Source: Phormidesmis sp.
Lineage (GTDB): Bacteria; Cyanobacteriota; Cyanobacteriia; Leptolyngbyales; Leptolyngbyaceae
NCBI GenBank assembly: GCA_965248535.1
Contig: CBDFJR010000005.1
Span: 1,888,001 to 1,952,000, forward strand
DNA: 64,000 nucleotides
Direction: 5' to 3'
This document shows positions 1-10,246 of this stretch, one piece after another. The notes under the pieces were generated by a model that was given only the letters and a program-made list of their open reading frames with translations, had not been told where the DNA came from and searched no databases. Position 1 is the first letter of the stretch, and every line of letters begins with the position of its first letter. The position numbers and the translations under genes were made by a program.

Positions 1-63
1 TTCTAATGTAGTACTCATTGATCGATCTGCTGATAGTACATCTGGTTTATGAACTCTAAATTT

Positions 64-2142
64 TTAATAGCCTACATAAAGAGGAATGTGCTTTCCGCTG
101 CCCATATAGTTTTGCAGGCTGTGAGGGACTAGGTTACGGGTTACCCCATCTCGGATTTCTCGAACGTAGGTTGTGTAGTTGAGTCCGCTACTATAGTTTA
201 TTTCTGCGAGGCTAATCGAAATTGCAGACTCATTGTTGATGAACATAGGATCGCTTTGTTGTCCACTAGCAGTGGCTGTTGTCGTATAGGCCAATCCGCC
301 TAAGACTTCTGTTTTTCCGCCCGATCGAGTGTCAATGAGAGTACCGCCTCGCTCTGTCTTTAATCCCAAAATCCACAGGCTGCCCCCGTTATTTGTGATG
401 TGAGTGCCCTGATTTTCAACATTAAATTGACGTGCCCAGATCTGCTGGTGATTAAACGTCCAGTTAGAAGATGGATTAGAAGACACATCTTCGAGAAAGA
501 CATCCCCTGTTCCTGTCATGTTACCGGATACATTCAAAGAATGACGAATCACGATCGTCCGTGCCGACGCGTTCTCAAAGGTTGGGTTGGCATAATATCC
601 GCTCTGTAACCGCTCAAACACCACCACTGAGCTACTGCCAGCGACCAGCTTGAAGCCTGGATTAGTGGGGTTAGAGTCGCTGCCAACCACCACATTGGAC
701 TCCGTGCCTAGCACCCGGCGCACATTACTGCGGACGAGCACAGTTCCCCGCAAATCATAACCCCCGGCTGGGAAGTAAACCGTAGTGCGTCCAGAGTCGA
801 TCGCCGCTTGAATGGCTGCGGTGTCATCTTTGCCATCGTTGGGAATGGCTCCATAGGCGACCACATTTGCCCAGGGAGTCGTTGTGGGATCGTCCCAGGG
901 CACATCGGGCGTTTCTCGAATCGGCAAATTTAGCGTTTTCAAGGGAGAAGAAAACTGGCTGGTGACTCCGCCAGAAACAAATTCGGCGATCGTTGGCCCA
1001 ACCTGCGTGCTGGTGGCGTTGCGAATTGCTGCCTGATAGCCGGAGGTCGTGACATTACGCACTAGCAGATCAAGCGGAAAATCGCTCTGGATGGCGGGTT
1101 TGCGCCTTGCACCGCCCATACCTGTCAGCCGGGAATCGATCAGGGTCATCCGTCCGCCCGCATTGTAAACCGCCGTCACCGTGTTTGTGCTAGTCAAGCC
1201 ACGAATGTTAATCACCTGACCTGCGTTGTAGAACCCATACACACTCTGGTTTTTCAGCGTAATATTTTCAAAAGTTTGGCTGTTGACGGTGTGCCCGGTG
1301 CGAATGCCGTACTGGAATCCCTGAATCGTGACATTTTTGATCAAGAGCGGGCCAATCTCGTCCGTAAAGCTCATGTCCAAGCCGTTGATGCCCTGACCAT
1401 CGCCCGATCGAAGGGTGACATCGCGCACGGTGCCCTGGTTGCTGGCGTTAAACTGGAGGGCGATCGCTCCCTCATTCCCAGTTCCGGTGTCCACTGTCAG
1501 GTTACGAATCGAGTTGCGAAACCGTTGGGCCGGACTAGGGCCGGTAAAGATCACAGCCTTTGGAGAATTTGAGCGGGTGAATCCTGCTGCCTTATTTTTG
1601 AGCTTGACGATCGTCCCCTGTTCGCTTTGCCCTTGCAAAATGATGTTTTTGTAGTCATCCCCTTTGCCCGGAGTTCCCGCGGCCCAACTGAGGCGATCGG
1701 ACACCAGATAAACTCCGTTGGGCAAATAAATAATTCGTCCCCCATTAGGATAGGACTTCAAAGCTGCCTGAATTGCAGCCGTATCGTCTGTGATGCCATC
1801 TCCCTTTGCACCAAACTGGGTCTTGACGTTAACCACGCCAGCATCAGCGGGAAAGACGATGTTCTCTGGTGGGAGTGTAGTTGCCAAACTGATCAGAAAG
1901 CTACTCAACGGTGAGGCAGCCATGAGATTGTCCGTGGTAGCGCTTACCAGGTTGGGCTGAAAGGTCAGGGTATAAGCCCCACTGTCGTCGATCGTCCAAC
2001 TGCCACCAAGGGCCGTAATCTGACAAGCAGCGGTATGGGGTGTGTTATTGCTGCTGTTGTTCATACTCACTAACGCCGTCATCTGGTGGACGTTAGAGCC
2101 TGTCGCCAAGATATCGCTGCTATTCAACATTGCTACATTCAT
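64..2142 (-). CDS. Pectate_lyase_3 / GH55-like beta-helix glycanase with two repeated domains
   Basis: Two copies of the motif 'NVKTQFGAKGDGITDDTAAIQAAL' / 'NVVAYGAIPNDGKDDTAAIQAAID...VYFPAGGY'; start codon uncertain. Confidence 0.75.
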   Translation of the reverse strand: MNVAMLNSSDILATGSNVHQMTALVSMNNSSNNTPHTAACQITALGGSWTIDDSGAYTLTFQPNLVSATTDNLMAASPLSSFLISLATTLPPENIVFPADAGVVNVKTQFGAKGDGITDDTAAIQAALKSYPNGGRIIYLPNGVYLVSDRLSWAAGTPGKGDDYKNIILQGQSEQGTIVKLKNKAAGFTRSNSPKAVIFTGPSPAQRFRNSIRNLTVDTGTGNEGAIALQFNASNQGTVRDVTLRSGDGQGINGLDMSFTDEIGPLLIKNVTIQGFQYGIRTGHTVNSQTFENITLKNQSVYGFYNAGQVINIRGLTSTNTVTAVYNAGGRMTLIDSRLTGMGGARRKPAIQSDFPLDLLVRNVTTSGYQAAIRNATSTQVGPTIAEFVSGGVTSQFSSPLKTLNLPIRETPDVPWDDPTTTPWANVVAYGAIPNDGKDDTAAIQAAIDSGRTTVYFPAGGYDLRGTVLVRSNVRRVLGTESNVVVGSDSNPTNPGFKLVAGSSSVVVFERLQSGYYANPTFENASARTIVIRHSLNVSGNMTGTGDVFLEDVSSNPSSNWTFNHQQIWARQFNVENQGTHITNNGGSLWILGLKTERGGTLIDTRSGGKTEVLGGLAYTTTATASGQQSDPMFINNESAISISLAEINYSSGLNYTTYVREIRDGVTRNLVPHSLQNYMGSGKHIPLYVGY

Positions 2143-2382
2143 CGCTATGTTGTACTAGGATTATGGTGAACTCAATGTTAGAGGCGGGAGGAGTTGTTCA
2201 CCCAAGCCAACTTGCTGGGTAACCTCACTTACTAATCAAAGATTACTCTATCTTCAATCATATTCATTTTCTGTGTTCTAGGTAAGCTTGAGTTGCCGAA
2301 TCTAGTTTCAATCCCAGATATCAGTTTTTCGTAAAAAACTCAGAAGACTCGTACCAAATTGCGTTGCCGGAGTACCTCATTA

Positions 2383-3837
2383 CTAAGACTCTTCTCTCCT
2401 ATAAATGTCTAATTCAACAACCTCTTTTTTGTACTGAATAGATAGAGATTTGCCATGTTTATGCCATTTCCCTCCCAATTCAACCTGTAGCAGTGATGAG
2501 TCTTGAGGTCTAACAATTAGAGCTGAAACCTTTTCCTTCTCTTGAGGCGGAATTACTCTAAGGTAAGGTTTGTAAATAACAGTCTTACCTCCTTTCTTGG
2601 CAGCGAAATATGAAATCGGATCGCTGAGAACCCACTCACCAGAGCTAATATTTTCTTGGACAAAAGCTTCAACGCGAAAGTAGTTAGAAGAATTCCAGTT
2701 CAAAACCAGATCGATAAAGTTTAAATAGGGGGAGCTAATGAGAAATAAAACTATAAGAATTCCTAAAATTTGAGAACTCAATCGGCGATCGAGAGTGGTT
2801 TTGAGTAGCTTATCGAAGCTGAAGCAGATGCACACAGCAAGAGGAACAACCACCATCCAGCTATAACCGAACTGAAAGGCACCTGCTAACCGCATTCCGA
2901 GGGGAATCCAGAAAATTGCTGCTAGTCCAAATGAAAGCACTGAAACCCATTTGAACTTCCCTTTGAGAACTTTGTGGATAACTAGTGCGAAACATGAAAT
3001 TACTAAGACTTGAAGAATTCGATTACCAAAAATCCCTCCAATTTTGTCTCTCTGTGAAAAAGCTGAAATCGTGGGATTGTTTATGATTGAGGTTATGAAA
3101 TCATCCCAAACTCCATTAGCAGAGTAGAGAGTATAAGTACACAGAAATCCCACAAATAGTCCAAGAATTATCGCTATAAACTCTTTTAAGAACAACTTCC
3201 GAAGATAAATTAGCAATAAGACGCACAGTACAACTGTATATGCAGATAGCGCTAATCCTCCGAAAGGAAACAAAATACAAACGCCACTGAGAGAGAGATA
3301 ACGGAGCCAAGCTACCTGAACTGAGTATGCAAGTAGAGCCAATAAAGCCAAACTAGCCATCAGGACATCTGGCCGCCCCTGTTCAGCATTATTGGTATAA
3401 CCTAGTTGTAATAGCAGAAGAGTAATTAGAATGAGCCTATTATTTGCCGAGCTTATAAGCCTTAATCTAATTACAGCTTGCCAGAGCATTACTGCACAGG
3501 TCGCTATAAGCACACAATTGAATGAACGCGCTGTATAAATACCAAAACCAAAGAGTTGCATCCATAAATAGAGAAGAAATGAATATAGGGAGGGATAGCC
3601 GGCCCAAAATTTATCTTTTGTTTGAGCAAACCACGCAGACGAAGTGAACCCGTTGCCAAAATATAAATTGGCAGCAGGATCAATGAACATTATCTGATCC
3701 TGCCACGGACTCACGCTTGTCAATCTAAAGACTTGTACAAGACCAATCAATAAGAAGGCAAACAATATGATAACTACGACTACTGTTTCAGAACGGCTTA
3801 CTGTATATTTAGTATCAGGAAAATGTTCGATCTTCAT
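2383..3837 (-). CDS. Polytopic membrane glycosyltransferase, GT-C (ArnT/PMT-like)
   Basis: Many TM segments; 'WQDQ' in first loop, 'YPSLY...W...FG...AR' and 'RPD' motifs typical of GT-C; AT-rich. Confidence 0.65.
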   Translation of the reverse strand: MKIEHFPDTKYTVSRSETVVVVIILFAFLLIGLVQVFRLTSVSPWQDQIMFIDPAANLYFGNGFTSSAWFAQTKDKFWAGYPSLYSFLLYLWMQLFGFGIYTARSFNCVLIATCAVMLWQAVIRLRLISSANNRLILITLLLLQLGYTNNAEQGRPDVLMASLALLALLAYSVQVAWLRYLSLSGVCILFPFGGLALSAYTVVLCVLLLIYLRKLFLKEFIAIILGLFVGFLCTYTLYSANGVWDDFITSIINNPTISAFSQRDKIGGIFGNRILQVLVISCFALVIHKVLKGKFKWVSVLSFGLAAIFWIPLGMRLAGAFQFGYSWMVVVPLAVCICFSFDKLLKTTLDRRLSSQILGILIVLFLISSPYLNFIDLVLNWNSSNYFRVEAFVQENISSGEWVLSDPISYFAAKKGGKTVIYKPYLRVIPPQEKEKVSALIVRPQDSSLLQVELGGKWHKHGKSLSIQYKKEVVELDIYRREES

Positions 3838-3950
3838 TGTTTTCCAGGCATGTAAAGCTAAATTTGCTTAGACTTTAAACGTTTAGATACTTATTAGCTC
3901 AGAAGTAATCGATGATTTGCTGCGTGTGTCTACAGTTAGAGAGTTGAAAA

Positions 3951-4988
3951 CTACCAATTATCAACCCGCATATAATTTTTAGGAATGTATCGGCCAACTC
4001 CGGGGTAACGCTCCCGCCAAGTCAGAGGTTGCTGAAGGTGAAGGGGAAGTTGCTGAGTGAGATCGGCAGTTTGCTTGCGAGAGAGGATCGATCGCTCACA
4101 GTAGAAAGGATTTTTTGGGCGCTGGCTGAAATAGTGAAAGAAAATCGCCGAGCGATCGGTCTTCACAGGCGGTTTTCCCCGATGATAGCAGCGGGCCGTA
4201 TCTGTAAAAACCACGGTTCCAGCCTTGCCAATACAGGAGATTAGCCAGTCGTGAAAGTCCGCATTGAGTAATTGTTGTAGCTCCGAGTTAGTCAAGCCTT
4301 TGAATTTGGGAAGTGTGGCAGTCAACCAATCATTAACCGTGGACTTGACCGTCTGAAACGGGCCGCCAAACTCGTCCACATCATTGAGGTATATAGCAAC
4401 CTTAGTCATCCTCCAGTCTTCTTTATCACGATGCCAGATGCGGGGGCCGACATCTCTGCCATCTGCCACGCTGTAGTAAAATGACAAGCCATCGTAGGCA
4501 ACGGGTAGACCCAGATAAGACTCGACAATTTTTAGAAGTCGTTCCGACAATCCCCAGAAAAAAATCTCTGGGCGCGCCATCAACTGAGCCGCTGTTGCCA
4601 TGAGAGTATGTTTGTGATCATGACCCGGCGATCGAGACTGCTGGGCCAGTTCAGTCGTGATCTGTTGGGCAGAGTCTAAAAGCAGTTGGCTATTCGGAAT
4701 ATCTAAGGCTTCTAAGGAGGTGACACAAACGCCCTCTTGCTCAAGTTGCTCCACGATCGCTCGATCGTTTGAGTCTAGCGGTGGTAGCTGATTTTTGTGT
4801 TGATTAAGCTGCTGTTGATATTGGGGCAACAGCACTGATTGCTCAAACCAATCGCTATTATGAGCTTTACAAGCAATATCCGAAGGAAGGCTTAATACCT
4901 TATTCAATACTCGATTGGTGAGGTGATAAAGCGGGTATAGATTGTTGAGCCGCAGGTGCGAAAGTGAATACAAGTAATTGACACGCAT
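3951..4988 (-). CDS. 2OG-Fe(II) / PhyH-like dioxygenase
   Basis: 'WHRD' HxD motif, 'GPF', 'GKAGTVVFTDT...HRG...R'. Confidence 0.7.
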   Translation of the reverse strand: MRVNYLYSLSHLRLNNLYPLYHLTNRVLNKVLSLPSDIACKAHNSDWFEQSVLLPQYQQQLNQHKNQLPPLDSNDRAIVEQLEQEGVCVTSLEALDIPNSQLLLDSAQQITTELAQQSRSPGHDHKHTLMATAAQLMARPEIFFWGLSERLLKIVESYLGLPVAYDGLSFYYSVADGRDVGPRIWHRDKEDWRMTKVAIYLNDVDEFGGPFQTVKSTVNDWLTATLPKFKGLTNSELQQLLNADFHDWLISCIGKAGTVVFTDTARCYHRGKPPVKTDRSAIFFHYFSQRPKNPFYCERSILSRKQTADLTQQLPLHLQQPLTWRERYPGVGRYIPKNYMRVDNW

Positions 4989-5075
4989 AGTCGTAGATTA
5001 TCTCTCGAAAAAGACCGGATAGCCCTACCTGGTTTAAGCTTTTTAGTCATCTTGAATTAAATCTGTACTCCTGAT

Positions 5076-6242
5076 TTAATGACGACCGATCGCGGTCTGG
5101 TAAATCTCGATTAGCCGTTTGCAATTGTCGGCCGCCGTATACTTCGCCTCAAATTCTGCTCGAACTGTCTGCCGCATCTGGCTTAGTTCTTGGGGATGTT
5201 GTAGAAGCCACTTGATCTGAGTAGCCAAGTCGATCGGGTCGCTAGGACGAAACAGTAGACCTGTGCGCTCATGATCGACGAGTTCAGCGATCGCTCCAAT
5301 GTTTGAAGCCACAACGGGGGTGCCTTTGGCAAAAGCCTCGATCGCCACCCGCCCAAAGGTCTCATACCACTCCGACGGAAACACCAAAAACGCCGCATCG
5401 CCGACAATGCCGTAGACTTCTTCAAATGGTTTGCGTCCCAACCATTCAATCTCCGGCATTTCCTGCATGGCTTCTTTGACTAGACCCGCCATCGGCCCAT
5501 CACCCAAAATTTTGAGAGGAACTTTGCCGTCTAGCTGTCGCCAGGCATCTAGCATCACACCCAAGCCTTTCTCAACCGACAGTCGCCCGACAAACAACCC
5601 ATAGCCGCCCTTACCCTCTCCAGGTTCGGGGGCAGGATGGAGAAAGTTTGTTTTGAAGGCAAACTTTTCGGCGGGTAAGCCGCCCTGGATGAATTTATCC
5701 ATCGCAAACTGGCTGTAGGCAATGAACACATCCACCGCCTGACTCCAGGTGCCCAGCAGGGTGTGAAAGCTGATGGTGGCCGCAACCATCGCACTGGCCG
5801 GGCGACTGCCCCGATAGCAGCCGTGAATCACGCCTGGCAGGGGAATAGGTTGACCCAAGCAGTCTTCACAGACCCGCCCATCGCGGAAAAACAAGGCATT
5901 AGCGCAGAGCAAGCGATAGTTATGCAGGGTTTGCACGACCGGAATCCCTTCATCTTTGGCCGCATAGTAGGCGGCGGGTGAAATCATCGGAAAGGTGTTG
6001 TGAAAATGGGCAATCTGAGGTTTCTCTTGACGAATCAGCGATCGCAGGGACTGATAAACACTGCTGTTCCAGACGGCGTTTTTTGCGACCTGTAGCGGGT
6101 TGGCCCCTTTCAGATCAGCATTATCTAGCGTATAGCGGACAACCTCGTGCCCGTGAGACTCTAGCAAGGCGCTCTCGGTGGCAAAAATTTGTTCCTCGCC
6201 CCCCGGCTGCTGGTAAAAGTTATGAACTGTGAGAATCCGCAT
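5076..6242 (-). CDS. Glycosyltransferase family 4
   Basis: 'MRILTVHNFYQQPGGEE', 'GRLSVEKG', 'ETFGRVAIEA'; start set at ATG 6242. Confidence 0.9.
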   Translation of the reverse strand: MRILTVHNFYQQPGGEEQIFATESALLESHGHEVVRYTLDNADLKGANPLQVAKNAVWNSSVYQSLRSLIRQEKPQIAHFHNTFPMISPAAYYAAKDEGIPVVQTLHNYRLLCANALFFRDGRVCEDCLGQPIPLPGVIHGCYRGSRPASAMVAATISFHTLLGTWSQAVDVFIAYSQFAMDKFIQGGLPAEKFAFKTNFLHPAPEPGEGKGGYGLFVGRLSVEKGLGVMLDAWRQLDGKVPLKILGDGPMAGLVKEAMQEMPEIEWLGRKPFEEVYGIVGDAAFLVFPSEWYETFGRVAIEAFAKGTPVVASNIGAIAELVDHERTGLLFRPSDPIDLATQIKWLLQHPQELSQMRQTVRAEFEAKYTAADNCKRLIEIYQTAIGRH

Positions 6243-7476
6243 TTCTGCCTCCCTGTGCCGAAATTTTCTCGTAGACCTCAACCAAAAATTTGCCCTTGGT
6301 CTCCCAGTTGAAATGCGCGTCAACCCGATGCTGTCCGGCCAATCCTAGGCGCGATCGTAGGGCAGGTTCTTTCACCAATTGCGTCATGGCGATCGCGATC
6401 CCCTGCACCGCTTGTTCGGGATCATGAGCCGGAATCTTAAAGCCCGTCTCCTCAGTCACCTGCACGGCCGGTCCACCCAGATCGAGGCAGATCACGGGTC
6501 GCCCGGAGGCCATCGCCTCTAGGCAGACAAACCCGCCCGACTCATGCAGACTGGGATGCACCAAGGCCAGACAGGTTGCCAACTGCTGAATCAACTCGGT
6601 TCGGGGCATTTCATCCAAAAATTTCACCTGGGGGGCAATGCCTAACTCAGTCGCCAGCGCCTGCAGTCCGGCGGCTTCGGCTCCTTTGCCTACGAGCCAA
6701 TATTCTGCTTCTGGGGGCAGATTAGCCTGAGCAAAGGCCCGCAATCCTAAGTGAAACCCTTTCCAGTGCAGAAACCGCCCGATGCTGATGAACCGAAGCG
6801 GCGCACGATCGGGCAGGGGATACTGCTTTAGCTGGGCCACCTCTTCGGGGAGTAACCCAACCTGGGAAAGGATCTGCACGTTTTTGCCGCCCATGTCCAC
6901 CAGCCGTTCGGCAGTGTCTGGGGTGGTGGCCCAGACCAAGGCGCTGCGCCGAACCGTCATGCGGGTAAACGGATCGCGCTCCCCCACCCATCGGCTCAGG
7001 TTTCGCAGCCTTTCGTAAATTTTTCCGCGTTGGCTGAAGTCCTTCCAGAAGGCAGCGGGAGCCGTTTCGCCGCCGCCCACGGGGCCTAAGATGAACGGGA
7101 TCGGCAGCAGGGATAGGAAACTGGGCGTGGAATACTTCACAAACGTGACATGGTGCGCCAGGTCAAACCCGATCGTGCGGTGCAGCTTGCGGGCCACAAA
7201 ATAGGCCTGAATCTGCCAGAGATAGTAGTGGAGTTGAAAGGCTGCCTGGCCAGACTTCCAGCCTGCGCCCCAAACGGGCAGCGTGAAGTAGACAAAGTGT
7301 AAATTGGGATTTGGGGTTTGCTCAAGGGTGGCTTCGATCGCCTCTCGGCCGTCATCGGGGCGAGTCAGCACCCAGACCTCGTGGAATTTGGCGATTTCCC
7401 AAGCGGTGTTCCAACCTACTCCCAGTTCGGTGCCGCGCCCCGGTTCGCAGGCGTAGGCAGATAGCAAAACCTTCAT
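6220..7476 (-). CDS. Glycosyltransferase family 4
   Basis: 'MKVLLSAYACEPGRGTE', 'HESGGFVCLEAMASG'; ATG overlaps upstream stop (ATGA). Confidence 0.9.
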   Translation of the reverse strand: MKVLLSAYACEPGRGTELGVGWNTAWEIAKFHEVWVLTRPDDGREAIEATLEQTPNPNLHFVYFTLPVWGAGWKSGQAAFQLHYYLWQIQAYFVARKLHRTIGFDLAHHVTFVKYSTPSFLSLLPIPFILGPVGGGETAPAAFWKDFSQRGKIYERLRNLSRWVGERDPFTRMTVRRSALVWATTPDTAERLVDMGGKNVQILSQVGLLPEEVAQLKQYPLPDRAPLRFISIGRFLHWKGFHLGLRAFAQANLPPEAEYWLVGKGAEAAGLQALATELGIAPQVKFLDEMPRTELIQQLATCLALVHPSLHESGGFVCLEAMASGRPVICLDLGGPAVQVTEETGFKIPAHDPEQAVQGIAIAMTQLVKEPALRSRLGLAGQHRVDAHFNWETKGKFLVEVYEKISAQGGRNADSHSS

Positions 7477-8633
7477 TGTGAAACCTCCTGATGACGGGAA
7501 GCAGAGGCTAGAACAGCTTGACAAAAATCGAGATACTGGCGACTGGCATTCAGATAATGAAAGTCCTGCGATCGCTGCCTTGCCTGGTCTCGATAGTGCT
7601 GCTTTTGTTCTGGGTGTGCCAATACTTGCAGAATTCCGGCAGCCAATGCATCGGGATCACCTGCCTGCACCAGCACGCCCGATTTGCCGAATTCTACAAT
7701 ATCCTTCATGCCTCCCGGCGCATCCGTCACCACCACCGCCGCCCCACAGGCCATGGCTTCCTGAAGCGCGATCGGGCAGCCCTCCCAGGCAGAGGCCAGG
7801 ACAAACAGATCACAAGCCGCCATATATCGATAAGGATTGGGATCATAGCCCGGCATCCAAACGGCATCCGCAACGCCCAGTTCTCGACTCAGCGCTTCTA
7901 GCTCTGGCCGCAGCGGGCCCTCACCCAAAATCAATAATCGGGCTGGCATTTTCTGAGTCACCTGAGCAAAGGCCCGCAGCAACCCATCCAGTTGCTTTTG
8001 TTTGGCCAACCGAGCGGCTGTCACAATCACCGGAATCTCAGAATTCTGAAACCAGGGATGGTCGATCGGCTCTTGAGCGCGCTGCTGCACCCGATCGACA
8101 TCGATCGGATTCAAAATCACCTGCATGGGGATCGTAGCCGGGACTTTGAGGGTTTCTACCAAGTCGGTAATCGTGTCTTTAGAAACGCCTACCAACCCAT
8201 CGCTGTGGGGATAGGTGTAGCGCATCAGCACAGGCAAAAACCGCAGGTGGGGCTTGTTTCGGTGTTCGATGCTGGCTTCCAGGCTAATAATGTTGTGTTC
8301 TCCCAAGATCACCTTGGTGTTCACCCCGGCTAGAGAGCGAGCTAAAACCGCCACAACGTTGAAATACCAGGGCATGGGCAGCAGCACGTCGGGCTGATAG
8401 TCTCGCAAATACCGAACCGTGGCAGGCAGCGATGAGGCCGTGCGCTTGACCTTGAGCGGCACGATCGGCATCTCTGGAAACCGGGCTAACTCGGTTTCAC
8501 TCGCATTGAGAATCACCAGATGAGTCTCGGCTCCTAATGCTTGAAAGCCGCGCACCAAATCGGTGCAGAGGTTTGTAAAGGTGCCCCCGCCGATGTCATG
8601 GGTCAAAATAGAAACTTTGGGTGCATTCATCAA
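7473..8633 (-). CDS. Glycosyltransferase family 4
   Basis: 'ARLAKQK', 'SAWEGCPIALQEAMACG'. Confidence 0.9.
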   Translation of the reverse strand: MMNAPKVSILTHDIGGGTFTNLCTDLVRGFQALGAETHLVILNASETELARFPEMPIVPLKVKRTASSLPATVRYLRDYQPDVLLPMPWYFNVVAVLARSLAGVNTKVILGEHNIISLEASIEHRNKPHLRFLPVLMRYTYPHSDGLVGVSKDTITDLVETLKVPATIPMQVILNPIDVDRVQQRAQEPIDHPWFQNSEIPVIVTAARLAKQKQLDGLLRAFAQVTQKMPARLLILGEGPLRPELEALSRELGVADAVWMPGYDPNPYRYMAACDLFVLASAWEGCPIALQEAMACGAAVVVTDAPGGMKDIVEFGKSGVLVQAGDPDALAAGILQVLAHPEQKQHYRDQARQRSQDFHYLNASRQYLDFCQAVLASASRHQEVSQ

Positions 8634-8648
8634 TCTAGTCGTTAACGA

Positions 8649-9806
8649 TTAGGTTTGCAGTTCAGGTTTGCGGGTCGCCATCACCAGCGCTGTCACCTCC
8701 GCCAGACACGTAGCCGCCGCGATCGGGCTATAGTGCGCCATGATTTGCTGCGATCGTTCACCCATGGCCGCGATCGTCTCTGGGTGATCTAAAAACGTCT
8801 GCATTAGAGTTGCTAACTCGTCAGGATCATCTGGCGCAAACACATACCCATTCTCACCGTGGCTCACCAGTTCTGACGTGCCCGCCCCCCGTGAACACAG
8901 GATCGGCTTGCCCAGCAGCATCGCCTCTAGCGTCACCACGCCCCAAGTGTCTTCCTGAGTCGGGAACACAAACACATCGGCGCTTCTAAAATAGCTGCCA
9001 ATCTGGTCATAGCTCACCCGTCCGGCCCAGTGGATACGATCGCTGAGATGGTTTGCCTGACAAAACGCCTCTAGCTCTTCTTGCTGAGACCCACTGCCGA
9101 CAACGAGCAAGGTGTAATTTTCATAACCCCGCTGTTGCAGGGTTGCACAGGCATTCAGCAGCAGCGGCAAGCCCTTGCGGGGGATCAGATGACCCACAAA
9201 TAGAAAAATCGGTTGCTGTAGTGCTGTCAGAGAGGCTTCAGAATCAGCCCCCCCCGGCAGCGTCTTCTCATCGGGAATTTCATAGGGCTGCACAAAGACG
9301 CGATCGGGCTTGGCCCACAGCACCTCAGTCAAATAATCGCGCCCCGCTCGGCTGTTGCTGATGCAGGCATCGGCCATCCAGACCATAAACCGTCGCACCG
9401 TCAGCCGCAGGGCTGAGTGACGGTAGTCTACACCGGGCGAACTGCCCTCATAGGCAATCACCAATCGCCAGCCCATCAACGGCTTGAGTAAAACCGCGAT
9501 CACCGTCCAGATCCCAAACGAACTAGCAAACACAACCTGGGGACGCAGCCGCAGCAGATGACCAATGATCCCCGGCGACAGGTAAGTGAAATTATCGCCA
9601 TAGCTGCTTTCATCTTTGGTCAGTTCAATCACCCGAAACCGACCCACCACTTCTACCTTGAGCGATCCTTCCAGCCCTTTTGCAAATCCGGGAAACAGCC
9701 CAGTGAACACAGTTGTCTGGGGAAATAATCGCGCAAACTCGCTGATGGAGGGTTGCCAATAAAACCACGCTACGGGCAGCAACCAGGCAATACGAAGCTC
9801 ATTCAT
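8649..9806 (-). CDS. Glycosyltransferase family 4
   Basis: 'VGHLIPRKG', 'EDTWGVVTLEAM'; start set at MNELRIAW. Confidence 0.9.
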   Translation of the reverse strand: MNELRIAWLLPVAWFYWQPSISEFARLFPQTTVFTGLFPGFAKGLEGSLKVEVVGRFRVIELTKDESSYGDNFTYLSPGIIGHLLRLRPQVVFASSFGIWTVIAVLLKPLMGWRLVIAYEGSSPGVDYRHSALRLTVRRFMVWMADACISNSRAGRDYLTEVLWAKPDRVFVQPYEIPDEKTLPGGADSEASLTALQQPIFLFVGHLIPRKGLPLLLNACATLQQRGYENYTLLVVGSGSQQEELEAFCQANHLSDRIHWAGRVSYDQIGSYFRSADVFVFPTQEDTWGVVTLEAMLLGKPILCSRGAGTSELVSHGENGYVFAPDDPDELATLMQTFLDHPETIAAMGERSQQIMAHYSPIAAATCLAEVTALVMATRKPELQT

Positions 9807-10246
9807 AAATAGAAGTTGCTGGAATTGATCAAAACCGCTTTCGTCGTTAGACAGTTGTGCTGCTAAACAGAGCATCTATCCAGAGGTAAGTCTGTAGAAA
9901 GCTGCTCTAGTAAATCATAGAGTTGCGAGCAGAGAAATTTAGAAGAAATACGGAACCTTTGCTAAAAACTCATAATCAACCCCACGGGTGATGAGAACAG
10001 ATGCTTAGATCTTAATCAATCTTGCTCAGTCATCTTGCGGAGAGATTGCCTGCTATTTCGATTAAACTTTAAGGAGGATTAATGGTTGACCGCACTTTTG
10101 TGAAGTCTGGGTAAATTGTCTTCCACAGAGTTTCTGCATTTTCTGATAAGGCTCTTAACTATGGAAGTGACTACTTGAGTGGCACGTCCGATCGTGTTGA
10201 TTGCTTAACTCTGTTAACGTCACATCTCTGCAATGGGAACTGAGTA

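Noticed and set aside
2165..2199. GGTGAAC...GTTCACC hairpin upstream of the glycanase as a riboswitch
   Set aside because: A single short stem with no recognisable aptamer consensus
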